Source of the DNA: Vulcanimicrobiales bacterium
GTDB taxonomy: Bacteria; Vulcanimicrobiota; Vulcanimicrobiia; Vulcanimicrobiales; Vulcanimicrobiaceae
DNA length: 64,000 nt
Direction: 5' to 3'
NCBI GenBank assembly: GCA_038231455.1
Contig: JBBRLI010000004.1
Location: 64,001 to 128,000, forward strand
Shown: positions 10,506 to 19,222 of the stretch, in pieces
How positions within the stretch are numbered: the stretch's first letter is position 1
How the letters are laid out: every line of letters starts with the position of its first letter
Position numbers and translations under genes: made by a program
The notes under the pieces: model-generated
Database searches by the model: none
What the model was told of the DNA's origin: nothing
What the model saw: the letters and a program-made list of their open reading frames with translations, nothing else

Positions 10506-11618
10506 ATGTTGCGCACCGAGCGCCGGCGTCTCGACCCGGACATCCTCAATCTGCCGGTCGAAAAAATGCGCGACGGCTACTACGCTGATACCTATTTCAA
10601 TCGCGCGCGGGAAATCCTGAACGCCGACGGCCACCATCCGCGCGTTCGCATGCAAGTCTTCCAGCGCAGTACCGGCATTCTGTGCGGAATCGACGAGGCG
10701 ATCGCGATTCTCAAGCTGTGCTCGGGGACGGCGAATGTCGACGGTACGTGGTCGGACGGCTGGAGCAAGCTGGCGGTGCGCGCGCTCTACGACGGTGACG
10801 GCATCGAACCGTACGAAACAGTGATGACGATCGAAGGCGACTACGCGCTCTTTGCACACTTGGAAACCGCGTATCTGGGTGTGCTCTCGCGCCGCACGCG
10901 CATCGCGACGAACGCGCGCGCCATCGTGGATGCAGCCGACGGAAAAGAAGTGCTGTATTTCCCCGCGCGCTACGACCACCATCTCGTGCAGACCGGCGAC
11001 GGCTATGCTGCGTATATCTCCGGGGCCCTCGGCGTTTCGACCGATGCAAACGCCGAATGGTGGGGCGCAAAAGGGATGGGCACGGTCCCGCACGCGCTGA
11101 TCGCGGCATATGGCGGCGACACGGTACTTGCATCGAAGAAATTCGCGCAGTACATCGACCCGTCCGTCAACTTGATCACGCTCGTGGATTTCGAAAACGA
11201 TTGCGTCGGCACGTCGCTTGCGGTCGCGCGCGAACTCAAAGGGCGGCTGTGGGGCGTACGCCTCGATACCTCCGGGACCCTCGTCGACAAATCGATCTGG
11301 CCGCAGATGGGCACGTTCAAACCGACCGGCGTAACGCCGCAGCTCGTGCGCAACGTGCGCGAAGCGCTCGACGCCGAAGGTTTCGGTCACGTGAAGATCG
11401 TCGCGAGCGGCGGCTTCAACGCCGCGCGCATCATGGAATTCGAAGCCGATCGCGTGCCGGTCGATGCCTACGCCGTCGGCAGCGCGTTTTTCGATAACGC
11501 AGGCAAACACGATTTCACGGCGGACATCGTTGCAATCGAACAAAACGGCGCGTGGGTGGAGTGCCACAAAGTCGGGCGTCCGGAACGTCCGAGCACGCGT
11601 CTTTCGGTTGTCGAGTAG
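10506..11618 (+). CDS. Nicotinate/quinolinate phosphoribosyltransferase family protein
   Basis: GYYADTYF, GTVPHALI, LVDFEND, GVRLDTS, IVASGGF motifs. Confidence 0.82.
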   Translation: MLRTERRRLDPDILNLPVEKMRDGYYADTYFNRAREILNADGHHPRVRMQVFQRSTGILCGIDEAIAILKLCSGTANVDGTWSDGWSKLAVRALYDGDGIEPYETVMTIEGDYALFAHLETAYLGVLSRRTRIATNARAIVDAADGKEVLYFPARYDHHLVQTGDGYAAYISGALGVSTDANAEWWGAKGMGTVPHALIAAYGGDTVLASKKFAQYIDPSVNLITLVDFENDCVGTSLAVARELKGRLWGVRLDTSGTLVDKSIWPQMGTFKPTGVTPQLVRNVREALDAEGFGHVKIVASGGFNAARIMEFEADRVPVDAYAVGSAFFDNAGKHDFTADIVAIEQNGAWVECHKVGRPERPSTRLSVVE

Positions 11619-11621
11619 CGC

Positions 11622-13241
11622 TTAGATCGACCACCGATACGCGTTCGCCATCGGCGTTACGGGGTTGGGTGCGAAGTTCTTGAAGTCGATGCTAATCGCT
11701 TCGTTGGTTCCCGCCGAGCTGATAAAGATATTCGGAACGTCACGCAACAAGAGCGACTCGATTTTCGAATACGCGGCCTTGCGGATCGTACGGTCGTAGC
11801 TGGAGAGCGCGAGTTTTTGCGCGGCGTCCATTTCTTTTGAGCAATAGCGGGTGATCGCGTTCCCTTTGGGCGGCACTTGATCGCAAGAATAGAGCGACGA
11901 GTCATCCGGATCGGTCCCCGATAGCCACGATGAGGTGACCATGTCGAACTTGCCGCCGTAAAGAATACCACCGTTTTGGGCGGATGCAAAATACAGCGGA
12001 CCCGCAAACGCGTGATTCTCGATGTCGATTCCCAGCGGCTTGAGCGCTGCTTGGACTTGAACGACGAGCCCGGCGTCGGTCGCATTTCCCGCCAGCGTGG
12101 AGAAGGCCAGCCGCACGCGGTGGTCCGGCGTGATGCCGGCACTCGCGAGCAGCGACTTTGCTTGGTCGAGATCGTATTTGGGCGCCGTGAGCTTGGGATC
12201 GAATGCCCACATAAAGCTTGGCAGATCGGCGACCGCAAGCGGGAACGAGTCGTGCAGAATATCGTGGTTGATTTTCACGCGATCGACTGCTGCGGAAATT
12301 CCGCGCCGCACGCGCACGTCGCTCACGATCGGGTGCGTCGTGTTGAAACCGATCGAGAGATAGCCGTTGGAATGCGGCTGCACGAGGCGTGCTTCCGTAA
12401 GTCCGCGCAACTGCGGCACCGAGCGATTCGTCGCCTCGAGAATCCAGTCGACTTCATGCGTGCGTAGCTGGACATATTCCGTATTGGTATCGGGGACGAA
12501 CTTCACGGTAACTTTTTCGATGCCGGGTTTACCCAGGAAATAGTCGTCGTTTCGCACGTACTCGATATGATCGCCGCGCTGCCAGTTCACCACTTTGAAT
12601 GGCCCCGTGCCGATCGGCGCACTGTTGAACGGCACGTGATTGATATCGGGGAGCCCTTTAAGCAGATGCGCGGGCAAGATGCAATACACCGCGTCGCTCT
12701 CGCCGAACACGGTCGTAACGAACGGTGCGTATTTTTTGCGCAAATGGAACCGCACGGTAAAGGCATCCGGCGTCTCGATACGATCGACTTCGCGGTAGCC
12801 GTTGCGGCTGACGACGTTATTTGCGGAATTCATAATGGCGTGAAACGTGAACGCCACATCTTCGCTCGTAAACGGCTTGCCGTCGTGCCACTTCACGTTC
12901 TTGCGTAAGTGATACACGATCGTACGACCGTCGGCGCTGATGCCGCCGTTTGCGGTCGTCGGCACGTCAGCTGCGAGCATGGGCGTCGGTTCGCCGCGTT
13001 CGTCTGCAGAGATGAGGACGTCGAACGATAATCGGTTGAGGTCGGTTTCGAATTGACTCGCCTGCAAGAGCGGGTTAAGCGACGCCGGTTCGCTTGCATC
13101 CGCGATGCGCAGTGTGTTCGGAATCGTCCAGCTATGCCGTCCGGTCGTCGCGTCCGTCGACGTATTTGGCGTCGTCGAAGAACAGGCGGAAAAGCAAACC
13201 GCCACGGCAAGTGCCATGGCGATCGGTCGGAACGAGAACAT
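11622..13241 (-). CDS. Peptide/nickel ABC transporter substrate-binding lipoprotein (SBP family 5)
   Basis: Lipobox FSAC; LRKNVKWHDGKPFTSEDVAFT, PIGTGPF, DVRVRRGI motifs; no permease adjacent. Confidence 0.9.
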   Translation of the reverse strand: MFSFRPIAMALAVAVCFSACSSTTPNTSTDATTGRHSWTIPNTLRIADASEPASLNPLLQASQFETDLNRLSFDVLISADERGEPTPMLAADVPTTANGGISADGRTIVYHLRKNVKWHDGKPFTSEDVAFTFHAIMNSANNVVSRNGYREVDRIETPDAFTVRFHLRKKYAPFVTTVFGESDAVYCILPAHLLKGLPDINHVPFNSAPIGTGPFKVVNWQRGDHIEYVRNDDYFLGKPGIEKVTVKFVPDTNTEYVQLRTHEVDWILEATNRSVPQLRGLTEARLVQPHSNGYLSIGFNTTHPIVSDVRVRRGISAAVDRVKINHDILHDSFPLAVADLPSFMWAFDPKLTAPKYDLDQAKSLLASAGITPDHRVRLAFSTLAGNATDAGLVVQVQAALKPLGIDIENHAFAGPLYFASAQNGGILYGGKFDMVTSSWLSGTDPDDSSLYSCDQVPPKGNAITRYCSKEMDAAQKLALSSYDRTIRKAAYSKIESLLLRDVPNIFISSAGTNEAISIDFKNFAPNPVTPMANAYRWSI

Positions 13242-13252
13242 CCCGGGGATGT

Positions 13253-13813
13253 CTACGCCGGAGTCGCTTGCGACGCTGCCAGCTTTTCGAGCAGTGCGCG
13301 ATTGAACATGGCCAGATCTTGCGGGTTGCGCGCGGTGACCCAGTTGCCGTCGGTGACGACGGGCTGGTCGCGGTACAGGCCGCCCGCGTTGCGGATATCA
13401 TCTGCGATCGCGGCAAAACCGGTGAGCGTGCGGCCGCGGCAGATTTGCGCGGAGATTAGGACCTGCGGTCCGTGCCCGATCGCAAACGTCGGCTTCTTCG
13501 CGGTATCGAATTCCTTGACGAAACGCTGCACGTCTTTGTTCATGCGCAAGAATCCGGGCGAGGTGCCGCCCGGGATGAGGAGCGCATCGAAATCATCGGC
13601 CGTGACGTCGGCGACGAGCTCCTCGGCTTTGACCGAGTTGCCTTCGTCGAGACCGCGTTTGCCGCGGATTTTGGCTTGGGCTTTTTCATCGATTCCGACG
13701 ATCGTGACGATCGCGCCGGCTTCTTCAAGCGCGCGGCGCGGCTCCATCAATTCCGCTTCTTCGAAACCATCACCGACCAGCGCGGCGACTCGCTTTCCAT
13801 CTACTTGATCCAT
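13253..13813 (-). CDS. PfpI/DJ-1 (type 1 glutamine amidotransferase-like) protein lacking the catalytic Cys
   Basis: DGFEEAE, DALLIPGG, VTARNPQD motifs; AICHG motif reads AIGHG. Confidence 0.85.
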   Translation of the reverse strand: MDQVDGKRVAALVGDGFEEAELMEPRRALEEAGAIVTIVGIDEKAQAKIRGKRGLDEGNSVKAEELVADVTADDFDALLIPGGTSPGFLRMNKDVQRFVKEFDTAKKPTFAIGHGPQVLISAQICRGRTLTGFAAIADDIRNAGGLYRDQPVVTDGNWVTARNPQDLAMFNRALLEKLAASQATPA

Positions 13814-13857
13814 GTCGGGCTCGATTCAGAACGCAGGGCACGAAGCCCCCCCACGTC

Positions 13858-14856
13858 TTAAAAGTTGACGAATCGGGCGCTAAAGAAGCTGCCAAGCCGA
13901 GCCGCGAGCTGGGAATACCCGGTATCGTTCAGGTGGAATCCGTCGGAAAAATTCGCGGGATTGGCGAACAGCGCCGCGCCCGCGGCGTCCGTCACGTTCA
14001 CGCTCAGCGTGTTCGCCGGCGCGACGTCGGCGAGCGCCGCTGCAAGCGCAGCGTTTGCTTGCAGGGAGTCGGCGGTCAGCGCAGACCGGAGGGTGGACGC
14101 GGCGCTCGCGTAAGCGGGAAAACTCCCGACATCGGGGATTTCCATCACCACCGCCGCATCGGGCGCAGCTGATTTCACGGCACCCAGAATCGCGCGATAT
14201 GCCAAATAGAGCGTCCCGGCCCGCACGTTGCCAGCGGCATCGGCGAGCGTCGTCCCCGAGGCGGTGCACGGGACGGCGAAGGTGGCCCCGCCACCGCCGA
14301 CCGGCGTGCCGCCGCCAGACTTGCAGCTCGCGCTCTCGTAGGCATCGAGCACGTCGTTGATCCCGCTACTCACCAGGATCACGACGGCATTATTCCGCGA
14401 AACCGCGCCGCTCACGGCGCCCGGTACGCTCGGGAGTTGGCCGAGATTGACGACGACATCGCCGCTCGCACTGGCCTCGGGAAGCGGCGCACTCCCGGTC
14501 AGTGCGCCGCGCACGCCGAGGCCGCCGAACAGAAATGTCTGCGAGTTATGCGAGAGCGCGAGGCTGCGCCCGAAAATCTGAGCGAAGCCGTTGACCGGGG
14601 CGTTCGAGGCCAGCGTCAGCGCGGTTCCCGGGCCGGACGCCGTCGTCGGACACGGCGTCGCACCGGTCCCGCACGCCGACGAGCCGATCGCCACAATGCC
14701 GTCGTCTCCGAGTGCCAGCATCGTGATGCCGGATTTGGGCGGCGCGGGCGTTGGGCTCGCCCGTGCGATGATGTTCCCGCCGCCGCCCCCTCCGCATGCC
14801 GCAAGCGCGGCAGCGCAACTCAGCACGGCTAGTGCTGCGAGCGAGCGCAGCTTCAT
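13858..14856 (-). CDS. SGNH/GDSL-like lipoprotein with non-canonical block I
   Basis: Lipobox LAAC followed by Gly run; GIND and DGFHLN blocks; block I reads LGDD rather than LGDS. Confidence 0.7.
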   Translation of the reverse strand: MKLRSLAALAVLSCAAALAACGGGGGGNIIARASPTPAPPKSGITMLALGDDGIVAIGSSACGTGATPCPTTASGPGTALTLASNAPVNGFAQIFGRSLALSHNSQTFLFGGLGVRGALTGSAPLPEASASGDVVVNLGQLPSVPGAVSGAVSRNNAVVILVSSGINDVLDAYESASCKSGGGTPVGGGGATFAVPCTASGTTLADAAGNVRAGTLYLAYRAILGAVKSAAPDAAVVMEIPDVGSFPAYASAASTLRSALTADSLQANAALAAALADVAPANTLSVNVTDAAGAALFANPANFSDGFHLNDTGYSQLAARLGSFFSARFVNF

Positions 14857-15353
14857 AAGGTTCCCCCCGTGCCTTGCACTGCGGCGCGCAGCAAATAGGT
14901 GAGTTCGAGTTCCAGCTTTCCGAGCGCGTCGAGTACGGTATCGTCGGCGAGCACTTTGAGGAGCGGATTGCGTTTGGTCATATCCCCCTCGGGGACCGAG
15001 TGGCGCGGGTTAATCTCACGCATATAGATACGGGCGTCGTAGCGGGTTTGGCCGTCCGGCAAAAAGTAGAGCGGGTCAAGGCCCGAGGCGTACACGCCGA
15101 GCGAGAGCAGATCCGTCTTCTGCATGAACTCGATCGGTCGCACGCGCAGCGCGCTTGCCAGACGAGCGAGTACCGGGATGGTCGCCCGGTCGGTCCCCGT
15201 GGTGAGGCCTTCGAGCAAGGCGACGTCGAGTTCGGCTTTTGCCGCAAGCGCCGGGAGGTCGAGCGATTTTGCGGTCGCGAGAGCGAGCAGCCCGGCACCG
15301 AATTCGGCGCCGCCTGCGGTGCCCGTCGCGCCGTCGTATGTTGATGATTGCAT
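14853..15353 (-). CDS. XRE-like helix-turn-helix protein with C-terminal domain of unknown function
   Basis: LAAKAELDVALL...ATIPVLARLASALRV resembles a Cro/XRE HTH; start uncertain; stop overlaps next gene start. Confidence 0.55.
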   Translation of the reverse strand: MQSSTYDGATGTAGGAEFGAGLLALATAKSLDLPALAAKAELDVALLEGLTTGTDRATIPVLARLASALRVRPIEFMQKTDLLSLGVYASGLDPLYFLPDGQTRYDARIYMREINPRHSVPEGDMTKRNPLLKVLADDTVLDALGKLELELTYLLRAAVQGTGGTL

Positions 15354-15400
15354 GATGACGATAGGAGAATAGCGAGCGCGGCTCATACCGTCCTTCGACC

Positions 15401-16414
15401 GTGGACCAAACCGAAGAGCGAAAATCGCGCCACCTCGACATCTGCCTCGACGACGACGTCGCCTCGCGCGCCGATGCGGGCTTTGCCGCGGTTCGTCTGC
15501 GCCACGAAGCGCTCCCGGAGTTTGCGCTCGAGGATGTCGACACCAAAACACTTTTCCTCGGTCACAGCCTCCGCGCGCCGCTGCTCATCTCATCGATGAC
15601 CGGCGGCACCGAGCGCGCGGGGACGATCAATTGCAATCTGGCGATCGCGGCCGAGGCCGCGGGAATCGCGCTTGCGCTCGGGAGTCAGCGTGCGGCAATC
15701 GAGAATGGCAAACTGCTTGCGACCTACGACGTGCGCTCCGTCGCGCCGAACGTCGTGCTCTTCGCAAACCTCGGCGCCGTGCAACTCAACTATGGCGTGC
15801 GGATCGACGACGTGCGCAAGACCATCGCAGCGATCGGTGCGCACGGTCTCTTCCTGCACTTCAATCCGTTACAAGAAGCATTACAAGCCGGGGGCGATAC
15901 GAATTTCCGCGGTCTCGAAGGCAAAATTCGCGCACTCTGCGCGGCGCTCGACGTTCCGGTAATCGCCAAAGGCGTCGGCTCCGGCATGTCGCCGCAAACG
16001 GCGCGCCGCCTCATCAATGCCGGCGTGCGCGCAATCGACATCGCCGGCGCCGGTGGAACGTCGTGGGCGCGTGTTGAGGGCAAACGCTCGGAGGATCCGA
16101 TGCGCGAGCGACTCGCCGAATCGTTCGGTGATTGGGGCTATCCCACGGCGGCCGCGACCGCGCGTATGCGGGCGGAATTTCCAACGGCGAAGATCATCGC
16201 AAGCGGCGGGATACGCAGCGGCGTCGATATGGCAAAAGCGCTCGCAATCGGTGCCGATCTTTGCGGCATCGGACTCCCGTTTTTAGATGCCGCGACCGAG
16301 TCCGCGGATGCCGTCGCGCGGTTGATCGAGGAATATTGCACGGGGCTGCGCATCGCGCAGTTCGCCAGCGGCTCAAAGTCGCTCGTCGCGCTTCGCGACG
16401 CGCTCGCGACCTAA
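15401..16414 (+). CDS. fni: Type 2 isopentenyl-diphosphate delta-isomerase
   Basis: RKSRH, SSMTGG, GSQR, NLG, HFNPLQE, GGTSW, ASGGIR motifs. Confidence 0.95.
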   Translation: MDQTEERKSRHLDICLDDDVASRADAGFAAVRLRHEALPEFALEDVDTKTLFLGHSLRAPLLISSMTGGTERAGTINCNLAIAAEAAGIALALGSQRAAIENGKLLATYDVRSVAPNVVLFANLGAVQLNYGVRIDDVRKTIAAIGAHGLFLHFNPLQEALQAGGDTNFRGLEGKIRALCAALDVPVIAKGVGSGMSPQTARRLINAGVRAIDIAGAGGTSWARVEGKRSEDPMRERLAESFGDWGYPTAAATARMRAEFPTAKIIASGGIRSGVDMAKALAIGADLCGIGLPFLDAATESADAVARLIEEYCTGLRIAQFASGSKSLVALRDALAT

Positions 16415-16746
16415 ACTTCGCGCGTCTCGGGACGCGACTCGCGCGCGACGCTGATCTGCGTGCCCTCCACACGGACATCGAACACCTCGACGGTCGAGTA
16501 GTCGCCGAGCGTCATTTTGCCGTCGCTCAGCCGATAGCACCAGGCATGCCACGGGCACGTCACCGTCCCGCCTTCGATGTAGCCCTCGGAGAGCGGACCG
16601 CCTTGATGGGGACACGTGTTGTCGATGGCGTGAAATGTGCCATCGATGTTGAAGAGACCGATCTCGCGGTCGCCGACCATCACGATTTTCGCGGTGCCGG
16701 GCGCGATTTCGGCAACGCTTGCGACGGGAACGAACTCATTTGACAC
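16411..16746 (-). CDS. Rieske [2Fe-2S] ferredoxin
   Basis: CPH...CPWH ligand motifs. Confidence 0.9.
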   Translation of the reverse strand: MSNEFVPVASVAEIAPGTAKIVMVGDREIGLFNIDGTFHAIDNTCPHQGGPLSEGYIEGGTVTCPWHAWCYRLSDGKMTLGDYSTVEVFDVRVEGTQISVARESRPETREV

Positions 16747-16780
16747 AGGGCGCGCACTTCGCGCGCCGGGGAGGCACGCC

Positions 16781-17059
16781 TTGTTAACCGATTACCGCGC
16801 CTGGCTCGATTCCGAACTCAAACTCTTAGGCAACGCGAGCCACCATGCGTACTCGTTCGGCCAAGCCAATATGGCCAAACGCGCGATCGAACAACTCGAC
16901 GCGGAACTCGAAAAATCGACCTACGTTGCGCTCGACCCGGACCTGGCGCGACGTGCGCTGACGGCGCTCGAGATGGTCGCGCAAGAGGCGACCGTCCTCG
17001 ATCCCGCACTCGATGATCTGCGCACGGCGCTTCGAGCTTCGCTTGCACCGCGTCCGTAA
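16781..17059 (+). CDS. Hypothetical protein (92 aa)
   Basis: GGAGG SD before TTG 16781; fills intergenic gap; helical-looking sequence. Confidence 0.6.
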   Translation: MLTDYRAWLDSELKLLGNASHHAYSFGQANMAKRAIEQLDAELEKSTYVALDPDLARRALTALEMVAQEATVLDPALDDLRTALRASLAPRP

Positions 17060-17108
17060 TGCGGCATCGTCGCCAGCGTCATCACCAAAGAGCGCGTGAG
17101 GCCGTTCC

Positions 17109-18161
17109 TCAGTCAACCAAGCTAGAGAATTCGTAGCGGCCCTTGCCGGATCGTTTCGCCCGGTACAGCGCAGCATCAGCATTCGCGCTGAGCTTTTCGT
17201 AGGTGACTCCGTCATACGGATAAATCGCGACCCCCGCCGACGCCGAAAGTCCGGTCGTGGCGAGCCGGCCGTAAATGCGTCCCAACACCGATCGTGCGCT
17301 TTTGTGGTCGGCATGCGTCAAGGCAAGCACGAACTCATCGCCGCCAAGACGCGCGACGCAATCCCCTTGGCGTGACGACGATTCGAGAATCTCCCCAAAC
17401 GAACAAAGGGCAGCATCGCCGGCAGCGTGACCTTGCAGGTCGTTGATCGTCTTGAGGAAGTCGAGATCGAAGAGGAGGAGCGCCATGCCCGTTCCATGGC
17501 GCGCGGCGCTAGCGATCTCGCGCCCGACTGCCTCGAGGAGTCCGCGCCGATTGAGCAGGCCGGTCAAGACATCGCCGCTGGCCTGCGCCGAGAGTTCTTC
17601 GAGTAAGCGCGTCTGCTCGGCATAGAGACGCGCATTCTCGATGACCATCGAGGCTTGCGCTGCAAAGTCGAAGAGGACTTGCACGTGAAACTCTTCGACG
17701 TCGTAGCGGCCGGCGTCGGCGTAGAGCAGGCCGCGAACGGTATCGCGCGCGGTGAGCGGGACCATATAATACGTACCGGACGGGTTGCCAACGGGCGCCT
17801 GACCGTCGCCGGCCTTCCCGACGAAAAAGTCCTCGCTACCGTTCGCGAGCCGCGCGACGGTCGGCGTGTTGAGCGCTTCGGCTGACGTTGAGACGTCGTC
17901 GACCCCGCCGGAAGCACCGCTTCCCAAATGCGGTTCGATCATGCCATCGCGAATGCGGAAGATCGCGACCTGCTCGAACGGGAGTGCTTCGCGGATTCCG
18001 CGGATGACGACCGCGAGGATGTCGTCGATATGCATGTCCGAATTGATCAGCGAGAAGACTTGCTGGAGGACGAGGAGTTCGGCGTTTTGTTTGGCCAGGA
18101 GATCGCGCTCACGTTCGACCCCCCGCAGTCGTTCGAGCGAATCTTGTTCAGAAAAGCTCAT
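17109..18161 (-). CDS. GAF-GGDEF diguanylate cyclase
   Basis: DVLTGLLNRR, RQGD I-site, RLGGDEF; N-terminal GAF. Confidence 0.9.
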   Translation of the reverse strand: MSFSEQDSLERLRGVERERDLLAKQNAELLVLQQVFSLINSDMHIDDILAVVIRGIREALPFEQVAIFRIRDGMIEPHLGSGASGGVDDVSTSAEALNTPTVARLANGSEDFFVGKAGDGQAPVGNPSGTYYMVPLTARDTVRGLLYADAGRYDVEEFHVQVLFDFAAQASMVIENARLYAEQTRLLEELSAQASGDVLTGLLNRRGLLEAVGREIASAARHGTGMALLLFDLDFLKTINDLQGHAAGDAALCSFGEILESSSRQGDCVARLGGDEFVLALTHADHKSARSVLGRIYGRLATTGLSASAGVAIYPYDGVTYEKLSANADAALYRAKRSGKGRYEFSSLVD

Positions 18162-18221
18162 GACGGTCTCATTGATATCGGCCGCTTACCGCGAATCCTC
18201 TCGCGAGTCAGGCGTGGTCGC

Positions 18222-18250
18222 TTGTCCTGCGGTGCTCGATCTGGTATGAT
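18222..18250 (+). promoter_or_regulatory. sigma70-type promoter of rpsO
   Basis: TTGTCC-N17-TATGAT about 70 nt upstream of rpsO. Confidence 0.7.
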
Positions 18251-18319
18251 TCGTCGGTCGCCGGCCTGGAGTCACATCTGGAGCCGAAGCGAGGCTATCC
18301 TTGAATTAGGAGTTTTCCC

Positions 18320-18589
18320 GTGCCGTTGACCAAAGAACAAAAATCAGAGATTTCCGCGAAGTTCGCTCGCACGCCGGGCGACACCGGATCCGCCGACGTC
18401 CAAGTCGCCGTCCTGACTGCGTCGATCAACATGCTCACCGAGCATCTGAAGATCCACAAGAAGGACCACCACAGCCGCCGCGGCCTGCTCATGCAGGTTG
18501 GCCAGCGCCGCCGTCTTCTGGGCTACCTCCAGAAGACCGAGCTCGAGCGCTATCGCAAGCTGATTGCGGATCTCGGCCTGCGCCGCTAA
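18320..18589 (+). CDS. rpsO: 30S ribosomal protein S15
   Basis: [34 protein letters not shown]. Confidence 0.98.
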   Translation: MPLTKEQKSEISAKFARTPGDTGSADVQVAVLTASINMLTEHLKIHKKDHHSRRGLLMQVGQRRRLLGYLQKTELERYRKLIADLGLRR

Positions 18590-18615
18590 CCGCGAAACTC
18601 GGTTTCACAGAATTG

Positions 18616-18645
18616 GACCGGCGAAGAAACTCGCCGGTCTTTTTT
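18616..18645 (+). terminator. Intrinsic terminator after rpsO
   Basis: GACCGGCGA-agaaac-TCGCCGGTC followed by T6. Confidence 0.88.
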
Positions 18646-18663
18646 GTGGTAGGAATAAGAGCC

Positions 18664-19089
18664 ATGTTCCGCACGATGCTCAAATCCAAGATCCACCGGG
18701 CGACGGTCACCCAGGCCGATCTCCACTACGTCGGCTCCGTGACGATCGATTTGGACCTCTTGGAAGCAGCAGACTTGCTCCCAGGCGAGCAAGTCGCAAT
18801 CGTTGACATTAACAACGGTGCGCGCTTAGAAACGTATACGATCGCCGGCCCACGCGGCAGCGGCATCATCGGCATCAACGGCGCAGCCGCTCGTCTGATG
18901 CAAACCGGCGACTTAGTCATCATCATCAGTTACGCCACGCTGAACGACGCCGAGGCGCGCGACTTCAAGCCGCGGATCGTCCACGTCGATGAAAACAACG
19001 CGATCGTACGGCTCGGCAGCGATGCAGCGGAGGCCGCCGGCCAGCTCATGCGCGGGGACTTCGACTTTCGGGCACTGCTCAGCCCGTAG
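18664..19089 (+). CDS. panD: Aspartate 1-decarboxylase proenzyme
   Basis: [19 protein letters not shown] self-cleavage site, [14 protein letters not shown]. Confidence 0.96.
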   Translation: MFRTMLKSKIHRATVTQADLHYVGSVTIDLDLLEAADLLPGEQVAIVDINNGARLETYTIAGPRGSGIIGINGAAARLMQTGDLVIIISYATLNDAEARDFKPRIVHVDENNAIVRLGSDAAEAAGQLMRGDFDFRALLSP

Positions 19090-19222
19090 CGTCCGAGGGC
19101 CGGCTCCCAAGGCATTTTCCGCGGATTCTCCGAATCGGCGCTCGTTCTATAAGAATAAACGATTGAACGAAAAAAACGCGTCCGCCCGGCGTTTTGACCG
19201 AGGGGACCACTAGGAGAATCTG

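Noticed and set aside
18175-18182. GCCGATAT upstream of the GAF-GGDEF gene (and ACCGATAG at 28415) as sigma28 promoters
   Set aside because: -10 matches but no TAAA-like -35 at the expected spacing; too weak to call
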